Positions 36,690 through 47,195 of a DNA stretch of 64,000 nt are shown here, one piece after another; the first letter of the stretch is position 1, and every line of letters begins with the position of its first letter. Below the pieces are notes generated by a model. That model was not told the DNA's origin, ran no database searches, and saw only the letters and a list, made by a program, of their open reading frames with translations. This stretch comes from Promethearchaeota archaeon (lineage in GTDB: Archaea > Asgardarchaeota > Lokiarchaeia > Sigyniarchaeales > SOKP01): contig JAHPZI010000010.1 of the NCBI GenBank assembly GCA_019058295.1, positions 1 to 64,000 of the forward strand, given 5' to 3'. The position numbers and the translations under genes are program-made.

Positions 36690-38708
36690 ATGAAATCTAA
36701 AAAGAAGATAAAAACAATATTATTGGTTTTAGGAATATTTTGCGTGTTATCAACTATTAGCAGTTATAATTTTTACGACGATCAATTTAATAGTGAGGAA
36801 TTAGTGGAAGTTCGAGATGAAATTGATTTGAAAACTGCGGCAATTCAAGATATCAATATAACAACACCCGAAGAGATTATATACACAAGCCCGATGAGTG
36901 GATATTATCCCGCTACCTATGGATTCGAAAACGATCAAAACGGTCAAAATCCCACGGGATGGGTTTATAATTCAATTATAGGTGATGCTCATATTGTTGA
37001 AGATTTTAACGGTCATAATAAGGTCGCGAGAATCTTTGATAATAATGGAGCTTTTGAGTTTTGGGTGATAAATTATTTTAGTTCAAAATCTAATGGTACT
37101 GTTGAGTTTTGGTTATCTTCAAGGCAAGATGCTCAAGACGGTATTGCGGTAACTTTAAGAGATGGTGGAACTATAGGACCATTCATTGGAATAGATGATG
37201 GAGGATTTTATTATGATGAAGGTTCTGGTGCCACTTGGCTTTCCTTAAGTTATACTGCGGATTCATGGCATCATCATAGAATAACTTTTAATGGTGATAC
37301 TCAAAAATATAATTGGTCGATTGATAATGAGCTATTAGGCTTAAATATCGATTTTTTTAGTAGCATTAGTAGTATAAATGAGTTTCATATACATACGGGA
37401 CCTAATTGGGATTTTAGTAACCCAATAGGTCATTTTGACGCAGTGGGTTATTCTTGGGATGAGGATTATGAGATTGGAGATAATTTGTATGAAGGATTAC
37501 TGCTTAGCTTTGACCATGATATTACTCCAGATTGGTTACGTTATTCTTTAGACGGGCAAGCTAATAAAACCATTCTAGGAAATACTACAATTCCAATGCC
37601 AGCTGATGGGCCTCATACAATTCAGGTATTTGGCAACGAAACAGGAACAATTCATAAATCTGAGATTAGGAATTTTGTTGTTAGTATAATTAATATAATA
37701 ACTCCAGAGAATAAAAGATACACTAAACCTATGAGTGGATATTATCCAGCATCATATGGATTTGAAAGCGATGAGGATGGCATGGTACCATATAATTGGA
37801 CATCTTCTCAGGGTACTGTAGTAGATTCACTAGACGATCATAATAAAGTTTTAGAAATTGATAATACGGATAACAATATTTATTGGGCAGATAATACATT
37901 TGTGCAACAGGTAAATGGAACAATTGAATTTTGGTTAAATACAACTTTTACGGGCGGGGATCCGCAACGAATAAGGTTAATGGGAGATACTTCCACTATT
38001 GGTCCCGATTTTAGGATTATGAATGATGCTTGGCAGTATCGAGTTGTTAATACTTGGTATACTATGTATCAAAAAGATGGTATTACGCCGATGCTTATTT
38101 ACTCTGCTGATACATGGATGCATGTTAAAATTGAATTTGAATGTGGAAGCGTGGGATATAAAGGATTGTCACCAGATACTTATAGAGTTATAATAGATGG
38201 CAATTCCTCAGAGGATTTAGATTTTAGATATACCAGAAATTGGATAGATACATTTTCAGTATGGAGCGGAGGAACATTATCTACAATTTATCAAATTTAC
38301 ATAGATGCTGTTGGATATTCTTGGGATACAAATTATAATCTTGGAGATAATTCGAAAGAAGGATTATTAATTAGCTTTGATTGTGAAATACCATTGGATA
38401 ACATTGCTTATTCATTGGATGTTCAAGACTCTGTGCCAATTCTAGGAAATTTTACTATTCCAATGCCTTCAGATGGAACACATACAATTCAAGTCTTTGG
38501 TGATGTCTATACTTCTCAGGTAAGACCTTTTATAGTTGGTAAATATTATCCTCCCCCTCCTCCGCCTGGTGATGACGATGACGATGACGATGAGGAAGAA
38601 ATTGAATTTTTGGTTTCCATTCTAATTATAGGTGGAATAAGTTTAGCTATTGGTGCTATTGCTGTCGCTGCTTATTTAATCAGGAAAAGGAGAATAGTTC
38701 GAGAATAA
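36690..38708 (+). CDS. Cell-surface protein with two tandem ConA/LamG-like + Ig-like units and a C-terminal membrane anchor
   Basis: Duplicated INIxTPE...PMSGYYPA.YGFE...GTxEFW...DAVGYSWD...GLL.SFD...HTIQVFG; PPPPPP-GDDDDDDDEEE-TM-RKRR. Confidence 0.85.
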   Translation: MKSKKKIKTILLVLGIFCVLSTISSYNFYDDQFNSEELVEVRDEIDLKTAAIQDINITTPEEIIYTSPMSGYYPATYGFENDQNGQNPTGWVYNSIIGDAHIVEDFNGHNKVARIFDNNGAFEFWVINYFSSKSNGTVEFWLSSRQDAQDGIAVTLRDGGTIGPFIGIDDGGFYYDEGSGATWLSLSYTADSWHHHRITFNGDTQKYNWSIDNELLGLNIDFFSSISSINEFHIHTGPNWDFSNPIGHFDAVGYSWDEDYEIGDNLYEGLLLSFDHDITPDWLRYSLDGQANKTILGNTTIPMPADGPHTIQVFGNETGTIHKSEIRNFVVSIINIITPENKRYTKPMSGYYPASYGFESDEDGMVPYNWTSSQGTVVDSLDDHNKVLEIDNTDNNIYWADNTFVQQVNGTIEFWLNTTFTGGDPQRIRLMGDTSTIGPDFRIMNDAWQYRVVNTWYTMYQKDGITPMLIYSADTWMHVKIEFECGSVGYKGLSPDTYRVIIDGNSSEDLDFRYTRNWIDTFSVWSGGTLSTIYQIYIDAVGYSWDTNYNLGDNSKEGLLISFDCEIPLDNIAYSLDVQDSVPILGNFTIPMPSDGTHTIQVFGDVYTSQVRPFIVGKYYPPPPPPGDDDDDDDEEEIEFLVSILIIGGISLAIGAIAVAAYLIRKRRIVRE

Positions 38709-38837
38709 AATAGAGTTATAAATCTAATATTTATTTTTTTTTTTATTATTGCTTTTTTTAAAGTTTTATTTCAAGCTTGTTATATAAAATATAGATCTTA
38801 AAAAAGAATTTTATATGATAAAATCAACTCTAATTTT

Positions 38838-39527
38838 ATGAAAAAAAATGAATTAAAGATAGTAATATTCGCAGCTCATCCTGATGATGAATTGATTGGT
38901 GCTGGGAGTATGCTTAAGTGGAAAGATGAAGGACATGATGTTCATATTATCTATATTACTGATGGACGCGCCGCCTATAGTTATGAGAGAGCGAGAGGTA
39001 GATTGGATGAATCCGAAGAAACTATAAACATAACTGATGATGAGCTAGCAGAGATTAGGATGAAAGAAATTGACGAAGTAACAGAGTTTTTAGGAATCCC
39101 TAAGGAAAATATTTATAAATTTAAAATTCCAGACCAAGAAGCTAAAAATCACATTAAAAAAGGAATTGAATTAAGTAAGACTATTATTAAAGATGCGGAT
39201 AGAATAGTCTTACCAAGTAATAATAATCCTCATGTAGATCATCAAGCCACTTATGATATAGCAGTAGGAGCAGCAAAAGAGCTGGATTTAAAAAATACAG
39301 AATTCTATGGATATTGTATTTATGTTGCTCAAAAGGTCCCAAAAGAAAAACTAGTAAAAATAAATATCAGAGAATATAGGGACAAAATTTTTGAGGCTTT
39401 ATCAAAATATAAATCACAATTAGTTATATCACTTGTGCGCGCTTTCTATAACACCATAAAGAAAAAACCTGCCGAATTTTTTGGTAGATACAGTTTTTCG
39501 GATATTGGAAAATATTATAATTTTTAA
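38838..39527 (+). CDS. PIG-L family (LmbE-like) deacetylase
   Basis: AAHPDDE, TDG, IR..E, HVDH, YKSQ. Confidence 0.92.
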   Translation: MKKNELKIVIFAAHPDDELIGAGSMLKWKDEGHDVHIIYITDGRAAYSYERARGRLDESEETINITDDELAEIRMKEIDEVTEFLGIPKENIYKFKIPDQEAKNHIKKGIELSKTIIKDADRIVLPSNNNPHVDHQATYDIAVGAAKELDLKNTEFYGYCIYVAQKVPKEKLVKINIREYRDKIFEALSKYKSQLVISLVRAFYNTIKKKPAEFFGRYSFSDIGKYYNF

Positions 39528-39603
39528 ACTTAAACCTTTTAATAGAATAAAATGAAATTATTATTCATCAATCTATATTTAAAAATTAAATGGTGAAAAA
39601 AAA

Positions 39604-40239
39604 TTGGTTGTTGAAGCAGAGGATGATAAAGTTCCGCTTTACAAACAGTATATCTCTGTTCTAATAATAATAATAAATATACTAGTATTTATCGTCCAGG
39701 TATTAGATCCGACAGGAAACATGCTCATTCCAGCGGGGGCATTCTATCCTTCAGAGTTCTTTGCAGGCGAGAGAATGTGGACAATTTTTACATCAACATT
39801 TATGCATGCCGATTGGGTTCATATTACGATGAATTTAGCCTTTTTCATTGTAGTTGCAGATAACTGTGAGAATGAGATGGGTCATATTTTCTTTCTTATT
39901 ACATACCTTTTATCTGGCTTGGTTGGGTCTCTCTTACATGGTATTTTCGCTATATTTGTAGGTTGGGGAGATATTCCCTCATTAGGGGCATCTGGAGCAA
40001 TAATGGGTATTATAGCGGTCTATGGCACTCTTTTTCCAAAGAATAAGCTCAAATATTTAGGAGCTGTTGGAACGACTATTAGTGCAAGAATGTTTATACT
40101 CATCACATTCGCCACAGAGCTAATTTATGGATTAACTTCCATGCTGATCCTTACAGGAACAGCACATTTTGCCCACGTAGGAGGAATGATTGTTGGATTT
40201 ATATGCGCTGGTATATTTAAGATTGTAAAACGAGATTGA
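39604..40239 (+). CDS. Rhomboid family intramembrane serine protease
   Basis: FMHADWVHITMN, GASG, AHFAHVGG. Confidence 0.93.
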   Translation: MVVEAEDDKVPLYKQYISVLIIIINILVFIVQVLDPTGNMLIPAGAFYPSEFFAGERMWTIFTSTFMHADWVHITMNLAFFIVVADNCENEMGHIFFLITYLLSGLVGSLLHGIFAIFVGWGDIPSLGASGAIMGIIAVYGTLFPKNKLKYLGAVGTTISARMFILITFATELIYGLTSMLILTGTAHFAHVGGMIVGFICAGIFKIVKRD

Positions 40240-40349
40240 TGTTAGTCTCAAATTAAATTTTTTTTTATTTTTTTAAATTTAAGAAAAAAAGCAAAATAGA
40301 TAAACCAAATTAAATTTAATAGATCAATTAGATTAGATGTTAAAAGCTT

Positions 40350-41723
40350 ATGACTTCGCAAGAAAGAATAAATATTGTAGTTATAGGAATGGGATATGTT
40401 GGTATCCCTATGGCTGCATTATTAGCAGATGTACCAAACTTTTATGTCACTGGAATTCAAAGAAGATCAGATAGGTCAGGCTGGAAAATTGATTGGCTTA
40501 ATGCTGGGAAAAATCCTTTTGAAGGAGAGGAACCAGGATTAGATGAATTAATTGAGCGAGTTGTAAAAAATGGAAAATTTAAGGTTACAGATAAATACGA
40601 AGATGTTAATAGCGCTGACTTTATTTTGATTGATGTACAGACCCCAGTTGATGATTTAAGAGTTCCACGTTATGATTCTTTAAAGGATGTTTCAAAATTA
40701 GTTTCTCCTCGCTTAAAAAAGGGTACTACTGTAATTATCGAATCAACTGTCGCTCCTGGAACCACTAATAATATAGTTCAACCTATATTAGAGAAAGGAA
40801 GTGGTATGAAGAGAGGAGAAGATTTTTATTTAGTTTTTTCTTTTGAACGTGTTATGCCTGGAAAATTGATAGAATATATTACAGATTTTCCTAGAGTTAT
40901 TGGAGGGGGATGTCCAGAGGCAAACGAGAAAGGAAAATTTTTATATGGGAAAGTTGTTAAAAAGGAGCTACAAGTTACTGACACACTTACCGCAGAATTG
41001 ACAAAATGCATTGAAAACACCTATAGAGATGTGAATATTGCGTTTTCTAACGAAATGGCCTTAGTCGCTGAAGACTTCAATCGAAATATCTTTGAAATTA
41101 TAGAATTAATTAACTATAGGCACGATAGAATGATGCATTATCCTGGTTCAGGAGTAGGGGGTCATTGCTTAACTAAAGATCCTCATTTATTGGTGTATGG
41201 ACATCGAAACTATACTGACCATATGCATAATTCAGATATTCTATTAAAAGCAAGAGAATTAAACGATTTCATGCCAGATCATATGATAGAGTTAATGGAA
41301 GATGCCCTAAAGGAAGCAAATAAACATGATAATTTCAAAATTGCTCTTATGGGAGTTGCCTATAAAGCAGACACAGATGATACCAGAAATACCCCTACCG
41401 AAAGAATAGTATGGACTTTAAAGAATCGTTATCATTCTCATAATATTCAATATATTGCGCACGATCCATATGTCAAAGAACGAGATTATAAAGAGACCGA
41501 TTTGACAAGGGATCTTAACGAAGCGGTTTCAAATGCAGATGTTTTAATTTTTGCGACCAATCATAAACAGTATTATAATCTCGATTTGGACGATATAAAA
41601 AATAAAGTAAACAAAGAAAAACCAATCATAATTGATGGTCGTAATATATTTAATAAAAAATCTGTCGAAGATCGTGGATTTATCTATAGGAAGCTTGGAG
41701 AAGGTCCGAAAAATTATAGATAA
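40350..41723 (+). CDS. Nucleotide-sugar dehydrogenase (WecC/WbpA-like)
   Basis: GMGYVG, VQTP, IESTVAPGTT, ER, K..EN.YRDVNIA, GVGGHCL.KDP, AYK...DD.R. Confidence 0.93.
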   Translation: MTSQERINIVVIGMGYVGIPMAALLADVPNFYVTGIQRRSDRSGWKIDWLNAGKNPFEGEEPGLDELIERVVKNGKFKVTDKYEDVNSADFILIDVQTPVDDLRVPRYDSLKDVSKLVSPRLKKGTTVIIESTVAPGTTNNIVQPILEKGSGMKRGEDFYLVFSFERVMPGKLIEYITDFPRVIGGGCPEANEKGKFLYGKVVKKELQVTDTLTAELTKCIENTYRDVNIAFSNEMALVAEDFNRNIFEIIELINYRHDRMMHYPGSGVGGHCLTKDPHLLVYGHRNYTDHMHNSDILLKARELNDFMPDHMIELMEDALKEANKHDNFKIALMGVAYKADTDDTRNTPTERIVWTLKNRYHSHNIQYIAHDPYVKERDYKETDLTRDLNEAVSNADVLIFATNHKQYYNLDLDDIKNKVNKEKPIIIDGRNIFNKKSVEDRGFIYRKLGEGPKNYR

Positions 41724-41813
41724 TCTAAATCTAATTTAATCATATATAAGAATTAACAATGGTAATCTCAGGTTCTTGCGGAACCTTAAAATTAAATCCT
41801 ACCATTTTCCGAT

Positions 41814-41978
41814 TTAATCTTTGAGAATATTTTTATTATTTTTTGATATTTTTCGATTTTGAAAGTATTTTTTTATACTCCGAGCGCAATGTATTATTCC
41901 ATCAATTATTGCTCAACCACTACAGTAAGTCTTTTCTTCTACTTTACCTGAATCTACCCTATTTTTCCACTCTGACAT
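41814..41978 (-). CDS. Candidate small selenoprotein (54 aa, in-frame TGA at codon 22 in CSGU)
   Basis: MSEWKNRVDSGKVEEKTYCSG-TGA-AIIDGIIHCARSIKKYFQNRKISKNNKNILKD-TAA, followed by a stem-loop at 41758-41806. Confidence 0.35.
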
Positions 41979-42104
41979 CTTAAATCAATCTAAGGCTAAT
42001 TTATTATAATAATAGGTAAAGACAATATAAAAATGATTATTATAAATAATAAGGTGTATATTGTGAATTTTGTATCTTTTTTTTTAATCTTTATAATTTA
42101 TTAT

Positions 42105-43526
42105 TTATTTAGAAATCTTATTGAGAATCCTCAGATAATAGGCATGTATTTCTTTAACCGTTTGCGCATCAAAGTTGTCTAACTCTAATTTATTTAGTAA
42201 TGTTTCATAAATAGGATATTTAAATGGATTTGCTATAGTAAAATAAGCGCAAATGAGAGCATTTATAACAATATCTAAATCATCCTTTAATTTGGTTGCA
42301 ATAATTTCATCCTCATCAATAGATTTTTTTAACAAGAGGAATTGAACCTCCAAAAATTGTTTTAAAGCTATATTCTTACATTCAAATCTATTTTCTGAGT
42401 GATCTTGAAAAAGTTTGTAAAAATCTTCATAGGCTAATTCTTCATTGTTATTAAGTGCTTTTATCGTAGAACTTATCATATTAAAGTGATTTCTTAAAAT
42501 ATTTTCAACTTTTACGCCTTTAATATCTCTTATCAATTCATTACATAATTTAAGGTCTAAATTAACATTTTTATAAACTTTTTTTAAGGGCGCCTCATCC
42601 TCTTTTGCGACTTCTGGTGTTGGTTCTGCAATTTCTTCAACCTTCTCTTTTTCAACTGTTCCTTCTAATAAGGGAGATGACTCAACATTTATGTCTAAGA
42701 TGTCTGCGATAATGTGGATCATTTTGTCGCGATTTTCGTCTTTATTTGCAACCATCGGATAGGTTTTTAATCCTAAAATATTTTCAATATTTTCAATCTT
42801 CATCGCACTATCGAGATCTTGCTTATTTCCGATGATAGCTATAAAAGCATATGGCGCTTCTTCATTCCTCAAATTTATAAAAAATCTACTTTTTTCAACA
42901 TTTATAGGAGTGGAATCCGTTACTACTAATACTGCGGTGCTCCCTTTAATAAATCCCTTCCATAGATACTTGAATTGTTCCTGCCCTGCAAAATCAAATA
43001 ATTGAAATTGTAGTTTCCCTATTTGAACAGTTGTCATATCTCCTGAAATTGTAGGTATATGCTGTAGTGGAATTTCATCCTCTTTAAGTAAATTCTTAAT
43101 AGTTGTTTTTCCTACTCCGGAAAATCCAACAAGTGATATCTTGGAACTTATGCTACTATGCATTGAATCTATAATCGAATTAAGAGATTCTTTCAACGAT
43201 AGATCAATCTCTTTTTGCTCATTACTTTCCGAGTATATCTTCAAAAATTCTTCTTTAAGATTATATAGAACTGGTCGAATTAATCTAAAATAATCATCCA
43301 TTAATCCTGTTATAATTATAAAACTTAGATTTAATTGAAGTTCCATTGCATAAGAAACTCTATACTTATAATAATCAAAAAATCCAATTGGTTCCTCGGA
43401 TTTTTTCCTTGCTTCTGATTTAATTTTAAATCGAAGATCTTCAACTTCATTCCTATTTAAAGCGTTTGCAAAAATTCGCTGATATATTATATCATCCCCT
43501 TTAATAACAAACACTTGGCGCAACAT
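42105..43526 (-). CDS. Longin-like domain + small GTPase (Arf/Rag/Rab-like) + C-terminal helical domain
   Basis: G1 GFSGVGKT, G2 IPTI, G3 DFAGQ, G4 NKQD; N-terminal MLRQVFVI....IIYQR longin pattern. Confidence 0.9.
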   Translation of the reverse strand: MLRQVFVIKGDDIIYQRIFANALNRNEVEDLRFKIKSEARKKSEEPIGFFDYYKYRVSYAMELQLNLSFIIITGLMDDYFRLIRPVLYNLKEEFLKIYSESNEQKEIDLSLKESLNSIIDSMHSSISSKISLVGFSGVGKTTIKNLLKEDEIPLQHIPTISGDMTTVQIGKLQFQLFDFAGQEQFKYLWKGFIKGSTAVLVVTDSTPINVEKSRFFINLRNEEAPYAFIAIIGNKQDLDSAMKIENIENILGLKTYPMVANKDENRDKMIHIIADILDINVESSPLLEGTVEKEKVEEIAEPTPEVAKEDEAPLKKVYKNVNLDLKLCNELIRDIKGVKVENILRNHFNMISSTIKALNNNEELAYEDFYKLFQDHSENRFECKNIALKQFLEVQFLLLKKSIDEDEIIATKLKDDLDIVINALICAYFTIANPFKYPIYETLLNKLELDNFDAQTVKEIHAYYLRILNKISK

Positions 43527-43657
43527 TTTTCTATTAACTTCTTTATTTGATTATTATGTTTTTAATTCGTAAAAAACTAATAAAAACCAATATTTATAAA
43601 GTTTGATAACTCAAAAAATTTAAATTAATATATTGGAATAGCACTATTCTTATTTAC

Positions 43658-44290
43658 ATGAAAAAATATAATATTAAAACTCTAGTTTTTGATTTGGGTG
43701 GCGTTTTCTTCACTAAAGGAACCATTCTAGCTATTGAGAAGATTATAGATATGTACGAGATTAAAAATAAAAACCGTCATTTATTAAGAACATTTTTTCG
43801 AGATGGTGATAAAAATGAAGGAAATTTAGTAAGGTTGGGATTAATTACAATGGATGAGTTCGAAGAAAAACTGATTTCAAAATTTAATTTAGCAGATGGG
43901 AATCATATACGCAATTTATGGTTTGGTTCATACGTCCCAAATTATAAAATGGAAGAGCTTATTATTGAATTAGGTAAAAAATATAGGTTAGTTGTATTTA
44001 GTGGCAATGTTAGAGAAAGAATCGAATTTCTTGAGAATAGGTATAATTTTGGGAAATTATTTGATGATTTTGTGTATAGTTTCGATTATCAAAAAAACAA
44101 AAATGATATAGAATTCTATAGAGAACTCTTAAATCACATTGAATGCGACCCATCAGAAGCAATTCTTATTGACGATGAAAGAAAGAGTGTTAAATACGGA
44201 CAGTCAGTCGGGCTTAATACAATTGTCTATTTTTATACTGATCATTTAATAAATGAGTTAAAAAAATATGAAATAGAAATAGATCTTTAA
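43658..44290 (+). CDS. HAD-superfamily hydrolase
   Basis: FDLGGV, S, K, IDD motifs. Confidence 0.9.
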   Translation: MKKYNIKTLVFDLGGVFFTKGTILAIEKIIDMYEIKNKNRHLLRTFFRDGDKNEGNLVRLGLITMDEFEEKLISKFNLADGNHIRNLWFGSYVPNYKMEELIIELGKKYRLVVFSGNVRERIEFLENRYNFGKLFDDFVYSFDYQKNKNDIEFYRELLNHIECDPSEAILIDDERKSVKYGQSVGLNTIVYFYTDHLINELKKYEIEIDL

Positions 44291-44339
44291 AATTAAATAA
44301 ACTGTTAATTTTTTAGGAAATATACTTGAGGTTATTAAA

Positions 44340-47138
44340 ATGAAAGCGAATAACATAATAATTGTTCCAGAAACTCATTGGGATCGCGAATGGTATCTAA
44401 CTTTTCAAGAATTCAGGGCTAGACTTGTTCTCATGATGGATAAATTATTAAATATTTTGAAAACGGACCCTGATTATAAAAATTTCACTTTAGACGGGCA
44501 AGTAATTCCATTAGAAGATTTCTTGGAGACAAGGCCAGAAAAGGAAGAAGAAATTAAGAAATATATAAAGGAAAAGCGACTTTCAATAGGACCGATGTAT
44601 GTTTTACCGGACGAGTTTCTAATTAGTGGTGAATCGTTGATAAGGAATTTAATGATTGGGCATCAAATCGCAAGGAAATATGGCTCTGTTATGAAGGCGG
44701 GATACATTCCAGATCCTTTTGGGCATATCGCTCAATTACCCCAAGTTTTAAGTGGATTCGAAATACCTTCATGTCTTTTTATGAGAGGTTTTGGAAACGA
44801 ATTTAAAGAGAAAAATCTAAATATGGAATTTATATGGAATGCTCCTGGAAATGCAGCATCAATTTTAGGTATTCATTTAATTGCATCATATGGGTCTGTG
44901 GCAGAATTAAATTTGAAAAAAAGAGAAGGGCAATATAAAATGGCTCTTAAAAAGATCAATAGAGTTGTTTCGAAATTGGAACAATATACGGCAACTCCAT
45001 ATGTATTACTCAACAGCGGTTCTGATCATCACGATGCAGTTCCGGACATTCCTACCATTGTTAAACAATGGAATGAACTTTATCCTAATAAATTCATGGA
45101 GCAAAACGATTTTGAATATTATATTAATAAGGTCTTGGAGACAAAACAAGATTTAAACTCTTTTCAAGGAGAACTTAGGGGAGGTAAATATAGTCCTTTA
45201 CTTTCAGGAGTTTTTTCTGCCAGAATGTGGATAAAACAGAGAAATACTGCTATAGAATATTTATACGAAAAATATACTGAACCATTATCCTCTATTACTT
45301 GGGCCCTTGACAGATCTAAAACATTCGAGTATCCGAAAGCTTATATCCTTACTGGTTTAAAATGGTTGATTAAAAACCATCCGCATGATTCTATATGTGG
45401 TTGTAGCATTGATCAAGTTCATGATGAGATGAAAACTAGATTTGATTGGGCAGAACAAATAGGAAATGAAGTATTTAAGAACTCCTTTATCTATTTAAAC
45501 GAGCTAATTAAATTTAAAGTAGAAAATAAAGATCAAACCGAGTTAATTATCTACAATCCTCTTCCATGGGAACGTGAAGATATTGTGAAATTTGATCTTG
45601 TTGGCTTAGGAACATCACGTATCAAAATTACCTCAGTTAATTTAAAGATATTAGATAATGACGGGAAAGAAATTGAATTTCAGTATTTTTCTTTAAAAGA
45701 GTTAACAAGATTTAATCGTGAATATGATACTAGATATCGTTTAACCTTTTTAGCTAAAGTCCCGGCTTGTGGGTACAAGGTTTATTATATAATTCCTCAA
45801 GAAGATGAAAAAAGATATAACGCGGATTCAGAGAACTTTAAATTAATCGATAATTCTATAGAAAATGAATTTTATAAGGTTACTATCAATGAAAAAGGTA
45901 AAATTGACGTATTTTATAAATTGAGTGGATTTAATTACGAGAATATCTGTCTATTTGAGGATGTCGGTGATTGGGGTGATGAATATGATTATTCAGGACC
46001 AGATGAAAATCAAATTGATTTAAAATTTTTAACAAAAGATGCTATAATTACTGAAATTTCTCATTTTTTAAACGGTCCTACCCATAAAACAATTAAAATT
46101 AACATGAACTTAAAATTACCTGTTTCTTTATCAAGAAATAGAGATAAAAGAGAGGAGGCTCGAGTTGATAACGATATCGTAATTTACATATCATTATATA
46201 AGGGAATTGATCGCATTGATTTTAAGATAGAATTAGAAAATAATAGTAAAGATCATCGTATTCGAGTCTTATTCCCTTCAAATATTAAATCAAGTAAAAT
46301 CTATGCCGATGGACATTTCTATATCGTTCCTCGAAATGTGGAATTACCTAATAGTGAGGGATGGATCCAAAAAGCTTTACCTACAAATCATCAGAAAGAT
46401 TTTGTGAGTGTTTGTGATGAAAAAACTTGCTTTGCTGTACTTAATAAGGGGTTACCAGAATATGAAGCAGTTAGAGAAAATGATGGAACTATAACTCTCG
46501 CAATAACCTTATTACGATGTATTGAATGGCTCTCGCGTGTGAGATTTGCCACGAGGGGGAGTATTGCGGGACCAGATATAAAAACCCCTGGTGCCCAATG
46601 CCTTGGAAAACACGAATTTGAATTTTCACTTGTCATTAAAGAAAAAGGCTTAAGCCCTTTAACTTCAGAGATCCATGTCAAAGGAAAAGAATTCAATAAT
46701 CCTTTACAACCGATATTTATTTCGCTTATAAAACAAACACCACTACGATTCTCTGACGTTCATATTTTAAATAATGGACTCTTAACATATTTCCAACAAC
46801 CATATGTTAAAAACGTAGAATCTTATTTACCCCCTGAATTAAGCTTTCTTGAAATCGATAATAAAAATATTCAGTTGAGCGCTCTGAAAAAATCAGAAGT
46901 AGGTAATTCATTAATTGTTAGGTGTTATAATTTATCGTCTAGTGCTGAGAAAACTTCTCTAAGGTTTTATCAAGGAATCATGATTAAAAGCGCAATACTC
47001 GTTAATTTGTTAGAAGAAAAGCCTATTAATGAAATTAAGGCAAACTTAGATTTACTTGACGAAAATACCATAGAACTAAGTTTAAACCCGCATGTGATTG
47101 CTACAATCAAAATAGAATTCGAATTAAGATCAATTTAA
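44340..47138 (+). CDS. GH38 alpha-mannosidase (MngB-like)
   Basis: THWDREWY, LDGQ, PDEFL.SGES, PDPFGH, HPHDSICGCS. Confidence 0.95.
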   Translation: MKANNIIIVPETHWDREWYLTFQEFRARLVLMMDKLLNILKTDPDYKNFTLDGQVIPLEDFLETRPEKEEEIKKYIKEKRLSIGPMYVLPDEFLISGESLIRNLMIGHQIARKYGSVMKAGYIPDPFGHIAQLPQVLSGFEIPSCLFMRGFGNEFKEKNLNMEFIWNAPGNAASILGIHLIASYGSVAELNLKKREGQYKMALKKINRVVSKLEQYTATPYVLLNSGSDHHDAVPDIPTIVKQWNELYPNKFMEQNDFEYYINKVLETKQDLNSFQGELRGGKYSPLLSGVFSARMWIKQRNTAIEYLYEKYTEPLSSITWALDRSKTFEYPKAYILTGLKWLIKNHPHDSICGCSIDQVHDEMKTRFDWAEQIGNEVFKNSFIYLNELIKFKVENKDQTELIIYNPLPWEREDIVKFDLVGLGTSRIKITSVNLKILDNDGKEIEFQYFSLKELTRFNREYDTRYRLTFLAKVPACGYKVYYIIPQEDEKRYNADSENFKLIDNSIENEFYKVTINEKGKIDVFYKLSGFNYENICLFEDVGDWGDEYDYSGPDENQIDLKFLTKDAIITEISHFLNGPTHKTIKINMNLKLPVSLSRNRDKREEARVDNDIVIYISLYKGIDRIDFKIELENNSKDHRIRVLFPSNIKSSKIYADGHFYIVPRNVELPNSEGWIQKALPTNHQKDFVSVCDEKTCFAVLNKGLPEYEAVRENDGTITLAITLLRCIEWLSRVRFATRGSIAGPDIKTPGAQCLGKHEFEFSLVIKEKGLSPLTSEIHVKGKEFNNPLQPIFISLIKQTPLRFSDVHILNNGLLTYFQQPYVKNVESYLPPELSFLEIDNKNIQLSALKKSEVGNSLIVRCYNLSSSAEKTSLRFYQGIMIKSAILVNLLEEKPINEIKANLDLLDENTIELSLNPHVIATIKIEFELRSI

Positions 47139-47195
47139 AATTTGATTTATTTTTGAATCTTTAATAACACTTAATTAGTCTACAAACTATTTTTA

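Noticed and set aside
41900-41978. Ribosomal protein S30e (from SGKV)
   Set aside because: Lacks GKVRxQTP and the basic core
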